Source of the DNA: Acidimicrobiia bacterium
GTDB taxonomy: Bacteria; Actinomycetota; Acidimicrobiia; Spongiisociales; JAENVV01
Length of the DNA: 64,000 nucleotides
Direction of reading: 5' to 3'
Assembly: GCA_041577335.1 (NCBI GenBank)
Contig: JBFGJH010000011.1
Coordinates: 1-64,000, forward strand
Within the stretch, counting starts at the first letter, position 1; every line of letters begins with the position of its first letter. Position numbers and translations under genes: made by a program. The notes beneath the pieces were generated by a model. The model searched no databases. It was not told the DNA's origin and was given only the letters and a program-made list of their open reading frames with translations. This document shows, one piece after another, positions 29,179 through 37,537 of the stretch.

Positions 29179-29958
29179 ATGGAGTCCTTGTATGAGAACA
29201 TTGCTGTTAGGTCGGATGATGAGTTTGTTCGGATCAGGATGGCGCGGGCGGACCGACGGAATGCGCTGTCCGAGGAGCACCTCACCGAGCTTTTCCACGC
29301 CTTCGGTGCCGCCGGGGAGAGCAAGGCGCGAGGCATCATTCTGTCTGGTGAGGGCCCGGCGTTTTCTGCCGGACATGACTTCTCCGACATGGTGGACCGG
29401 TCACTCACCGGAATGCAGCAGCTCCTCGGACTGTGCTCACAGGTCATGATGATGATCCAGTCGGTACCGCAGGTCGTCATTGCCCAGGTCGAGGGGATCG
29501 CCACTGCGGCGGGATGCCAGTTGGTCGCCTCGTGTGACCTGGCAGTGGCCGGGGAGTCGGCGCGTTTCCAAGTGCCAGGAGGCAGGGGAGGCTGGTTCTG
29601 TACGACTCCGGGTGTTGCCCTCGGCAGGGCGGTTGGCCGCAAGCACGCGCTGGAGATGTTGCTGACGGGAGACCCGATCGATGCAGACACTGCGCTGCGG
29701 TGGGGTCTCGTGAACCGTGTCGTGGGCGACGACGAGGTTGCCGCGGCCACCGAGGAGCTCCTGCGCCGGGCAACGCGGGGGAGTGCCCTGTCGAAAGCCA
29801 CCGGAAAGCGGGCGTTCTACCGCCAGATGGATCTGGAGCTCGACACCGCCTATGCCTATGCGACGGAGGTAATGGCCGCGTCTTCGCAAACGGCCGATGC
29901 CAAGGAAAACATGGCCGCATTCGTCGAGAAACGGCCCCCGGTCTTCGAGGACCGCTGA
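29179..29958 (+). CDS. Enoyl-CoA hydratase/isomerase family protein (ECHDC3-like)
   Basis: RRNAL, FSAGHD, ATAAGCQLVASCD, FCTTPGVAL, AFVEKRPP. Confidence 0.92.
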   Translation: MESLYENIAVRSDDEFVRIRMARADRRNALSEEHLTELFHAFGAAGESKARGIILSGEGPAFSAGHDFSDMVDRSLTGMQQLLGLCSQVMMMIQSVPQVVIAQVEGIATAAGCQLVASCDLAVAGESARFQVPGGRGGWFCTTPGVALGRAVGRKHALEMLLTGDPIDADTALRWGLVNRVVGDDEVAAATEELLRRATRGSALSKATGKRAFYRQMDLELDTAYAYATEVMAASSQTADAKENMAAFVEKRPPVFEDR

Positions 29959-29960
29959 TC

Positions 29961-30335
29961 GTGTTTCCCTTCATCGGTGGATACGTGTTTGGGTCGCGGT
30001 CGCTTGGCAAGAAAATGTCGGCGATGGCGGCCTCCGACGCCAGCGCCATGGCGGCTCGGCATCGCAACGAGTCGTTCGAGTTGCATGACAGAATCGACCG
30101 GTTGACGCTCGTCGTCGGGGCGATGTGGTCACTGCTCGAAGAGCAGGGCTACACAGGTGAGGACCTCATCGCGCGCATGAGGGAGCTCGACGCCGGTGAT
30201 GGTGCCGCCGACGGGAAGATCTCGGCAGGGGCCCGGCCATGTCGTCAGTGTGGGGCCATGGTGGCCACGGGCCTGCCGAGTTGTCAGTTCTGCGGCATGG
30301 CCAACCCCGACGAGGACCCGCTGACCGCCGATTAG
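29961..30335 (+). CDS. Hypothetical protein with C-terminal zinc ribbon
   Basis: Coiled segment, DAGDGAADG motif, CRQC...CQFC. Confidence 0.7.
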   Translation: MFPFIGGYVFGSRSLGKKMSAMAASDASAMAARHRNESFELHDRIDRLTLVVGAMWSLLEEQGYTGEDLIARMRELDAGDGAADGKISAGARPCRQCGAMVATGLPSCQFCGMANPDEDPLTAD

Positions 30336-30356
30336 CGGCTCGACAGCCGGCCCCGC

Positions 30357-31217
30357 CTAACGCCAGGGAGGGCCGCTCAGGTACTTCCAGCCGCCGTCAG
30401 GGAGGACCGCTACGGCGGTGCCGCCGACTTCGCTCAAACGGCGCCTGGCGGCCAATACAACCGCCCCAGCCGAGGTCCCCGCGAAATGCCCTTCGTAGCG
30501 CATGATGGCGAGAACCTCCTCTTCGGCAGCGGCGCTGGTCACGGTTGTCCATTCGGTAACGAGCGCGAGGTCGGCAACCGGAGGCTGGAATGGGTCTTCC
30601 CGGGAACGCATTCCCCCGATTGGTTGGGTGAGGTCCTCCTGGACTCCGTGAACGATGAGGTCGCTCCATGCCAGGTTGAGTCCGCGACTCAACCCGGTCA
30701 GCGTGCCTCCCGTCCCATAGGCGGCGAACAGACGGGAAGGAGGGGCATCGAGCGTCCACTCGCGTTGGAGCTCGAGCGAGGTGCCAAAGAAGTGTGAGTA
30801 CGGGTTCCAGCGATTCCCATATTGGTAACACATGTGGCCCTCACCGTCTGCCACGAGTTGCTGCGCGTGGGCGATGGCGTCATTGGGGCCTCCCTCTACC
30901 TCGATGAGGCTCGCTCCATAGGCGCGGAGGATCTGCTTCCGCTCCTCGGTTGACCGCCGGGGGAGGCAGATCACCATCGGGTGTCCTTCGATGAGCGCAA
31001 GCCGGGCGAGGCCGATGCCGGTGTTCCCCGACGTTGCCTCAATGAGTGGCTGGCCGGGGCGCAGCAGGCCCATCACCTGAGCGTTGCGAAACATGAACCA
31101 CGCGGCCCGGTCTTTGATGGATCCGGTTGGGTTTTGCCACTCCAGTTTGGCAAACAGCCGCGTCCCGGCCGGTGCAAGGCTGCGCAATTCGACGAGAGGG
31201 GTGTTCCCGGGTTTCAT
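30357..31217 (-). CDS. cysM: PLP-dependent cysteine synthase (actinobacterial CysM-like)
   Basis: GNTPLV, NPTGSIKDR (PLP Lys), TSGNTG, GTGGT, GWKYLS. Confidence 0.85.
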   Translation of the reverse strand: MKPGNTPLVELRSLAPAGTRLFAKLEWQNPTGSIKDRAAWFMFRNAQVMGLLRPGQPLIEATSGNTGIGLARLALIEGHPMVICLPRRSTEERKQILRAYGASLIEVEGGPNDAIAHAQQLVADGEGHMCYQYGNRWNPYSHFFGTSLELQREWTLDAPPSRLFAAYGTGGTLTGLSRGLNLAWSDLIVHGVQEDLTQPIGGMRSREDPFQPPVADLALVTEWTTVTSAAAEEEVLAIMRYEGHFAGTSAGAVVLAARRRLSEVGGTAVAVLPDGGWKYLSGPPWR

Positions 31218-31305
31218 GAATGCACCAACGTAACCGCGCGGAGTTCGCGACGGGAATCCCGATGATGGACTTGGGGCGTGGGTCGTCCTCGGTACACTCG
31301 CGGTC

Positions 31306-32262
31306 GTGTCGACGGTGCGCCGCAACATGCTCGAGTGGATGGTCCTCACGCGCGTCTTCGATGAGACCCTCGAGAACCTCTGGAAACAGGGGCGGGGCCT
31401 TGGGGGAACGTTCAACCAACGAGGGCACGAGGCCATCAGCGTCGGTGCCGGCATGACGCTGGGGATCGACGACGTCGTGGCCCCTCTGCACCGAGATCTC
31501 GGCTGCTATCTCGTCCGGGGAATGACTCCCCGCCGGCTCATGGCCAATCAGCTCGGAAGGGCCACGGGAGTCACGAGGGGGCGGGACGCCAATATGCACG
31601 GCTGCGGTGACCTCGAACTCAACATCATCGGTTTCGTCAGCCACCTCCCTCAGTCTTTGCCCGTGGCACTCGGGGCTGCGATGAGCTTCACGTATCGCAA
31701 CGAGCGGCGGGTCGCGCTGAATTTCTGCGGCGACGGCTCCTCCAACACGGGGCTGTTCCACGAAACGCTCAACTTGGCAGCGGTTCAGCGGGCCCCCCTG
31801 GTCGTCATCGTCGAGAACAATCAGTACGCCTACTCCACTCCGCTCTCCCAACAGATGGCAATCGCAGACATCGCCGTTCGTGGCGCCGCTCACGGCGTGC
31901 CCACCGAGATCATCGACGGCAATGATGCCGACATCGTCTTTGCGGCCGTGGAAGCTGCGGTGGAAAAGGCTCGCCACGGTGGGGGGCCGACGCTCGTCGA
32001 AGCCAAGACAATGCGCATGCGGGGCCATGCCATCCACGACGGATACGAATACGTGCCCGCCGAGTTGATCGCTGAGTGGGAGGCCCGTGATCCGGTGGCC
32101 CGCTTCACGGCCAGACTCGTCGACGAAGGAGTGGTCACCGAGTCCGACGTCGAGGCAATCACCTCCGACGCTCGTGAAGTCGTCGACGACGCCGTGCAGT
32201 TTGCCGAAGCGAGCCCTTTCCCCGATCCCGAGACGCTGCTCGATGGGGTGTACGCCCCATGA
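31306..32262 (+). CDS. TPP-dependent 2-oxoacid/acetoin dehydrogenase E1 alpha subunit
   Basis: GHEA, HRD, GDGSSN...ENNQYAYST, RMRGHAIHD. Confidence 0.92.
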   Translation: MSTVRRNMLEWMVLTRVFDETLENLWKQGRGLGGTFNQRGHEAISVGAGMTLGIDDVVAPLHRDLGCYLVRGMTPRRLMANQLGRATGVTRGRDANMHGCGDLELNIIGFVSHLPQSLPVALGAAMSFTYRNERRVALNFCGDGSSNTGLFHETLNLAAVQRAPLVVIVENNQYAYSTPLSQQMAIADIAVRGAAHGVPTEIIDGNDADIVFAAVEAAVEKARHGGGPTLVEAKTMRMRGHAIHDGYEYVPAELIAEWEARDPVARFTARLVDEGVVTESDVEAITSDAREVVDDAVQFAEASPFPDPETLLDGVYAP

Positions 32263-33272
32263 GCGACAACTTCGGATTTGCAGGAAGCGATCAGGCATCG
32301 GCCGGGGAAACTTCGTACCTCGGCGCCATATCCGGTGCCCTGGCAGCCGAGATGCGAAGAGATCCCAACGTGCTGGTGCTCGGCGAGGACATCGGCGGTT
32401 CGTTCGGGGGAGCATTCAAGGTGACCAAGAGTCTCGCCGGCGAATTTGGGGACGAGCGTGTCATGAACATGCCGATGACCGAGCTCGGATTCATCGGTGC
32501 CGCCAGTGGCATGGCGCTCATGGGTTTGCGCCCGGTAGTTGAGGTGCAGTTTGCCGACTTCATATCGACAGGCTTCGACTCGATCGTTCAGTTTGCTGCC
32601 ACCACCCACTATCGCTGGGGTGCGGCGGTCCCCTGGGTGATCCGGGCGCCGAGCGACGGTGGCATCAGGTCAGGCCCGTTCCACAGTCAAAACCCCGAGG
32701 CATGGTTCTTGCACACACCGGGCGTGAAGATCGCGGCTCCCGCGACAGTCCTCGACGCGTGGGGAATGCTGGTGACATCGATCCGTGACGACAATCCGGT
32801 GATCTTCTTCGAGAGCAAGCCGCTGTATCGCCGGCTCAAGGAACCGCTCGCCGCAGAGCCGAGCCCGGTTCCCCTTGGCGAGGCTCGCATTGCACGATCG
32901 GGGTCCGACATCACCATCATCACCTATGGAGCAATGGTGCATGAGGCACTTACGGCAGCCGATGCCTTTGCAGCTGGTTCGGTCGAGGTGGTGGATCTGC
33001 GCTCGATCAAACCGCTCGACCTCGAGACGATTGCCTCATCCGTCGTCAGGACCGGGCGCGTGCTGATTGCTCACGCAGCCAACCGCCTTGGGGGTGTCGG
33101 CGCCGAGGTCGCGGCGTTCATTGCCGAGGACTTGTTCGAGGCGCTGGACGCACCGATTGCCAGGCTGGGCGGCGCCGATGTGCCCGTTCCCTTCAGTCCT
33201 CCACTCGAGGACGCCTATCGGCCGAGTGCCGAGACGATCGGCGCGGCACTGGACCGGTTGGCGGCGTTTTGA
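32259..33272 (+). CDS. 2-oxoacid dehydrogenase E1 beta subunit
   Basis: GEDIG..GGAFKVT, PVVEVQFADF, HSQNPEAWF, EVVDLRSIKPLD. Confidence 0.93.
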   Translation: MSDNFGFAGSDQASAGETSYLGAISGALAAEMRRDPNVLVLGEDIGGSFGGAFKVTKSLAGEFGDERVMNMPMTELGFIGAASGMALMGLRPVVEVQFADFISTGFDSIVQFAATTHYRWGAAVPWVIRAPSDGGIRSGPFHSQNPEAWFLHTPGVKIAAPATVLDAWGMLVTSIRDDNPVIFFESKPLYRRLKEPLAAEPSPVPLGEARIARSGSDITIITYGAMVHEALTAADAFAAGSVEVVDLRSIKPLDLETIASSVVRTGRVLIAHAANRLGGVGAEVAAFIAEDLFEALDAPIARLGGADVPVPFSPPLEDAYRPSAETIGAALDRLAAF

Positions 33273-34153
33273 TCCGAGCGCACGTGGCGGTCGTGGGAAG
33301 CCTCAACGTCGACCGCTCGGTTGCGGTCCCGCACTTTCCCAAGCCGGGCGAGACTGTGCTTGGCTACGATCTCCGGATCGACAACGGGGGGAAAGGCGCC
33401 AATCAGGCGGTGGCGGCCGCGCGGCTCGGCGCCCAGGTGGCCATGGTGGGGGCCGTGGGTGCCGACGCCGACGGCACGCGGCTTCGGCAAGCGCTCGCGG
33501 AGGAGGGCATCGATGTGACCGGCGTGTCGACGACCGGCGTGTCGACGGGAGCGGCGTTCATCACCATCGACGACCGGGGCGAAAACAGCATCGTGGTCGC
33601 CTCGGGAGCGAATGCAGCCTTATCGGCGGAATCTGTCGCCGCGGCGGGATGGGCGCTCGCGCGAGCCGACATTGTGCTTGCCCAACTGGAAATTCCCCTC
33701 GCGGCGGTGGCTGCTGCCGCCCGTGCCGCCGGTGGGTTGTTCATGCTCAACCCGGCCCCGGCGCCGACTTCGCTCGGCGAGGTGGTTGGTTTGATCGACG
33801 TCCTGGTGCCCAACCGCGGCGAGCTGACGGCCATCGTCGGGCGCGAAGTGGGATCCCTCGATGACATTGCCTCTGCGGTGCACGCACTCGAGGTTCCCCT
33901 CGTCGTGGTGACACTCGGAGCGGACGGCTGTCTGGTTGTGACCGAGGACCAGGCTGCGCACGTCCCCGCGATCGAGGCGCCGGTCGTGGATACCACCGCG
34001 GCGGGCGACTCCTTCTGTGGAGCTTTGGCGGTAGCCCTGGCTGGGGGGGCTGCGCCAGTCGAGGCAGCCCAGTTCGCAGCGACGTGTGCGGCGTGGACCG
34101 TCGGCAGGCGGGGGGCCCAGGCGGCGCTGCCCAGATCGGAGGACATTGCGTGA
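33269..34153 (+). CDS. rbsK: Ribokinase
   Basis: VVGSLNVD, GGKGANQAVAAARLG, NPAPA, DTTAAGDSFCG. Confidence 0.93.
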   Translation: MIRAHVAVVGSLNVDRSVAVPHFPKPGETVLGYDLRIDNGGKGANQAVAAARLGAQVAMVGAVGADADGTRLRQALAEEGIDVTGVSTTGVSTGAAFITIDDRGENSIVVASGANAALSAESVAAAGWALARADIVLAQLEIPLAAVAAAARAAGGLFMLNPAPAPTSLGEVVGLIDVLVPNRGELTAIVGREVGSLDDIASAVHALEVPLVVVTLGADGCLVVTEDQAAHVPAIEAPVVDTTAAGDSFCGALAVALAGGAAPVEAAQFAATCAAWTVGRRGAQAALPRSEDIA

Positions 34154-35085
34154 GGCGAATCGTCATCGACACGGACCCCGGCCAAGACGACGCCATTGCA
34201 TTGCTGCTGGCGCTGGCCAGCCCGGCCGAGCTCGACATCGTCGCTGTCACAGCCACCGCCGGGAATGTTCCCCTGGCGCTGACCACGCGCAACTCGTTGA
34301 TCGTGGTCGAGTTGGCTGGGCGCTCCGACGTCCCCGTCTATGCCGGAGCGCCTGGTCCCCTCCTGCGAGACTTGGTCACGGCCGAATACGTGCACGGGAA
34401 GACCGGTCTCGACGGGCCTGCGCTGGCCGAACCCACGCTCATCGCGGCTGAGGGTCACGCGGTCGACGCCATTCTCGGTGCTGCTGAGCAGGGCCCCATC
34501 ACGATGTGCACGCTGGGGCCGCTCACCAACCTGGCCATGGCATTGGCGGCTCAGCCGTCCTTGGCGAGTCGGATCGATGAGATCGTGATGATGGGTGGGG
34601 GGTTCTCGGAAGGCGGAAATGTCACGCCTGCCGCCGAGTTCAATATCTACGTGGACCCCCATGCTGCCGACGTCGTGCTCACCTGCGGCGTTCCGATCAC
34701 CATGATGCCGCTGGACGTGACCCACCAGGTGCTTGCCGGCAGCTCTCGCATTCGCGGTTTCGAAGCGCTCAACACCGATATCGGGAAAGTGGTCGCCGAG
34801 TGGCTGCGGTTCTTCGACAGGTACGACTCCGAGAAATACGGAATCGATGGCGCGCCGCTTCATGATCCGTGCGTGATCGCCTATTTGCTCGAGCCGGAAC
34901 TGTTCGCCGGTCGGCTCTGCAACGTGACCGTTGAGACAGGTTCGGAGCTCACCATGGGGATGACCGTGGTCGACTGGTGGTCGGTCACCGACAAGCCTCG
35001 CAATGTCACCGTCATGAGAAGCGTGGATGCAGACAGATTCTTCGAGTTGTTGATCGACCGGATCGGCCGGCTGGGAACAAGTTGA
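34150..35085 (+). CDS. Inosine/uridine-preferring nucleoside hydrolase
   Basis: DTDPGQDDA, VHGKTGL, GNVTPAAEFNIYVDP, LHDP; GTGA overlap. Confidence 0.94.
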   Translation: MRRIVIDTDPGQDDAIALLLALASPAELDIVAVTATAGNVPLALTTRNSLIVVELAGRSDVPVYAGAPGPLLRDLVTAEYVHGKTGLDGPALAEPTLIAAEGHAVDAILGAAEQGPITMCTLGPLTNLAMALAAQPSLASRIDEIVMMGGGFSEGGNVTPAAEFNIYVDPHAADVVLTCGVPITMMPLDVTHQVLAGSSRIRGFEALNTDIGKVVAEWLRFFDRYDSEKYGIDGAPLHDPCVIAYLLEPELFAGRLCNVTVETGSELTMGMTVVDWWSVTDKPRNVTVMRSVDADRFFELLIDRIGRLGTS

Positions 35086-35116
35086 CGGCGCGCGGGGTTG
35101 CCCGGTACGGTTTGTC

Positions 35117-35197
35117 GTGAGCATGTATCGATTCTGTTGCTGTACCTGTCGAAGCTCTCGGGCCATGAGCCCGGGTCGCTGTCGCACGGCGCGATAG
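35117..35197 (+). CDS. Leaderless Cys-rich leader peptide MSMYRFCCCTCRSSRAMSPGRCRTAR (alternative ATG 35123)
   Basis: TACGGT -10 at 35106-11, GTG 5 nt later; TGT TGC TGT ACC TGT codons; TAG at 35195-97; precedes DUF4395. Confidence 0.75.
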   Translation: MSMYRFCCCTCRSSRAMSPGRCRTAR

Positions 35198-35215
35198 AAC
35201 CCGAACGCCCGAGAG
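35155..35215 (+). promoter_or_regulatory. Attenuator-like RNA hairpin overlapping the leader peptide
   Basis: CTCTCGGGC/GCCCGAGAG, CGGGT/ACCCG and CTGTCGC/GCGATAG nested helices. Confidence 0.65.
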
Positions 35216-35252
35216 AACCAACCCTCCCCAGCCGTTCTTCAGGAGCTCCACC

Positions 35253-35684
35253 ATGTCTCATGACCAAGCTGTCGACACTCCGGTCGTCGACGTGAACGTC
35301 CCCCGATTCAACCAGGCGGTCGTTGCGCTGCTCACCGCGAGTGCATTTGTCTTTCAGCTCCCGAGTCTCGTAGCAGCCGCGTTCGTCCTGCTGGCGGCGT
35401 CGAGGATCGGCGGCCCGCGCTTCGCTCCGCTCTCGCAGCTGTATGTCCGGTTGCTTCGGCCCCGGCTGCAACCGCAGGGGCCAACGGAGTTCGAGGATGC
35501 CCGCCCTCCCGCCTTCAGCCAATGGATAGGGGTTCTGGTTACGGGCGCCGCTCTCGCTGCGCTGGCATTGGACTGGTCGGTCGTCGGATGGACGCTGACT
35601 GTGCTGGTCGCCGTCCTGGCGACGCTTGCCGCGGCGGCCCGGATCTGCGTTGGGTGCCTGTTCTATGAACGGTTCGTGGCATGA
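35253..35684 (+). CDS. DUF4395 membrane protein
   Basis: VDVNVPRFNQ, EDARPPAFSQ..G, ICVGCLFY; RBS AGGAG. Confidence 0.88.
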   Translation: MSHDQAVDTPVVDVNVPRFNQAVVALLTASAFVFQLPSLVAAAFVLLAASRIGGPRFAPLSQLYVRLLRPRLQPQGPTEFEDARPPAFSQWIGVLVTGAALAALALDWSVVGWTLTVLVAVLATLAAAARICVGCLFYERFVA

Positions 35685-36055
35685 GTGACGAAACTCTCAT
35701 CCGGCTGGCCGTGGTGGGGTTGGCGCTCGTGCTCGCCTGGGTCGCGGTGCGAGCGTGGGAGCGGAGGCTGGGACGAGGCGGCCGGGTGGCTCCTGGCGTG
35801 ACCATCATCGTCACTCCCAGCTGCCTGATGTGCCCAGAGACGATCGACGCGCTCCAGCTCGCAGATCCCGAACTGACGTTTCGTGTGCTCGATGCCACGG
35901 TCGACGACGTGCGGGCGTATGCCGTGCAGGCAGCCCCAACGGTGGTCGTGGCAGACGCCAAAGGTGAGATCCAGATGCGGCGGAGTGGCCGTTCGACGAT
36001 CAGTGGCGCCCCTGAAATCGCGATGTTTGCCCGCCGGGTGGCAGTAGCGATGTAG
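35681..36055 (+). CDS. Membrane-anchored thioredoxin-like protein
   Basis: N-terminal TM, CLMC, AAPTVVVAD cis-Pro motif; ATGA coupled to DUF4395. Confidence 0.75.
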   Translation: MSDETLIRLAVVGLALVLAWVAVRAWERRLGRGGRVAPGVTIIVTPSCLMCPETIDALQLADPELTFRVLDATVDDVRAYAVQAAPTVVVADAKGEIQMRRSGRSTISGAPEIAMFARRVAVAM

Positions 36056-36082
36056 CGTTCCGAGGGAGGTATCGTCGCTCCT

Positions 36083-36541
36083 GTGGGACGAATATTCGGT
36101 CGCTGGCTCCTCGCGTCACTCGCCCTGGGTGCGGTCGGTGGAGCCCTGTACGGAGCCCTCCTGGCCGCCACGTTGGGCGGCGCAGATGGAATTGGGCTCG
36201 TGGGCGACGCCCCGGTGGCGATGGTCTTCGGAATCGGGATCGGCATCGGCAGCATGCTCGGCATCGTTGCCGGGATCGCTCTGGGTGTCACACTGGGTGT
36301 GTCGATGTCCGTCGTCAATCGCCGTCTCGAGCCTACGTCGGCTGCCGCGTATGTTCGCAGGGTGAGGGTGGTGGCAACACTCCTACCCATTGTGCTCGGG
36401 CTGGCGTTGTTGGTCAGCCTCGGAAGGGTGGCGACCTTCGACCTCATTCCCGTGATCGTGGCGGCGGCGGTTTGGGGGCTGGCCGCCAAGAAGATCGCAG
36501 AAGGCTACCGAGGCCTCTGGCCGGCGAAGGCCGAGCGTTAG
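36083..36541 (+). CDS. Hypothetical membrane protein (about 4 TM)
   Basis: Gly/Ala-rich hydrophobic helices; TATCGT -10 7 nt before GTG. Confidence 0.6.
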   Translation: MGRIFGRWLLASLALGAVGGALYGALLAATLGGADGIGLVGDAPVAMVFGIGIGIGSMLGIVAGIALGVTLGVSMSVVNRRLEPTSAAAYVRRVRVVATLLPIVLGLALLVSLGRVATFDLIPVIVAAAVWGLAAKKIAEGYRGLWPAKAER

Positions 36542-36550
36542 GCTCGTGTC

Positions 36551-37324
36551 ATGATTCTCGTCACCAACGACGATGGCGTCGATGCCCCGGCCTTGCCCAT
36601 CCTCGCCTCCGCTCTTGCTGAGATCGACGAGGTCACTGTGGTCGTGCCGTCCGGTGAGCGGAGTTGGATCGGCAAAGCGATCTCCAGGTATGAGCCGGTC
36701 CACATCGAAGAGACGGAACGTGCCGGAGTGCCAATGTACACCTGCTCGGGTTATCCGGCCGATTGCGTTCAGATTGGAATTCACAACGTCCTCGAACGAC
36801 CACCAGACCTGGTGGTGTCCGGTATCAACATCGGGAACAACCATGGCGCCGGTTTCCTGCTCGGGAGCGGGACCGTAGGAGCCACCATCGAAGCGTGGAT
36901 CCTCGGAGTCCCCGCCATGGCCGTCTCGGTCGGGCCACGCGCCGAGCCATGGCGCGACTGGTCGGTGTGGTCACGCTCGGCGGACGCCGGGGGAATGTGG
37001 CAAGGGGCGGCGGAGATCGCCACCGAGATCGTGCGGGACACCAAGACTGCCGGATGGCCAGACGCCGATGTCATTGCCGTCGAGATCCCCTCGGGGGCGG
37101 ACGTGGCCACCAGCCGTCGGGTCACCTCCTTGGCCCGGATCGGCTATCACGGCCTCTTCGAATGGGATGACGGGGCGTATCACCACCGATTCTCAGGCGC
37201 CTTCCGTGGCGATGCCCTTCCCGGGTCCGATGTCGCCGAGCGAGACGCGGTGACGATCACTCCGGTCCGCCTTGCCGAAACCGCGCCCGGCGATGAAGCC
37301 TGGGCACAAGCGGTCGAAAGATAG
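36551..37324 (+). CDS. surE: 5'/3'-nucleotidase SurE
   Basis: ILVTNDDG, GYPADCV, VVSGINIGNN, SGTVGA, VTITPV. Confidence 0.92.
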   Translation: MILVTNDDGVDAPALPILASALAEIDEVTVVVPSGERSWIGKAISRYEPVHIEETERAGVPMYTCSGYPADCVQIGIHNVLERPPDLVVSGINIGNNHGAGFLLGSGTVGATIEAWILGVPAMAVSVGPRAEPWRDWSVWSRSADAGGMWQGAAEIATEIVRDTKTAGWPDADVIAVEIPSGADVATSRRVTSLARIGYHGLFEWDDGAYHHRFSGAFRGDALPGSDVAERDAVTITPVRLAETAPGDEAWAQAVER

Positions 37325-37489
37325 GGTTCGGTCGAATCAGGATTGCGGCCGAGTTTCCCCGAGGAGCGGCCCTTGGGCCGCGCTCTTTCCACCTCCGTTG
37401 AGGGCGGCGGAGCTGCCCCTGGAATACCCCAAGAACGAGATTCGCGATTCGCCTACCTCCTCCGGCAGTCGCATTCCGGGACCGTTCGG

Positions 37490-37523
37490 CGCGAAACGCG
37501 AAACGCGAAACGCGAAACGCGAA
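37490..37523. repeat. 7-bp tandem repeat (CGCGAAA)x4 + CGCGAA
   Basis: Directly visible between convergent surE and glpD. Confidence 0.95.
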
Positions 37524-37537
37524 CTGTGAACTGCGGC

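Noticed and set aside
31039..32415. 458-aa minus-strand ORF (likewise 44238-45635, 54894-56222, 59487-60704, 7187-8410, 39160-40317)
   Set aside because: Antisense to well-supported genes with no recognisable domains.
33403..35187. 594-aa minus-strand ORF
   Set aside because: Antisense shadow of rbsK and nucleoside hydrolase; no motifs; long shadows are expected at high GC.
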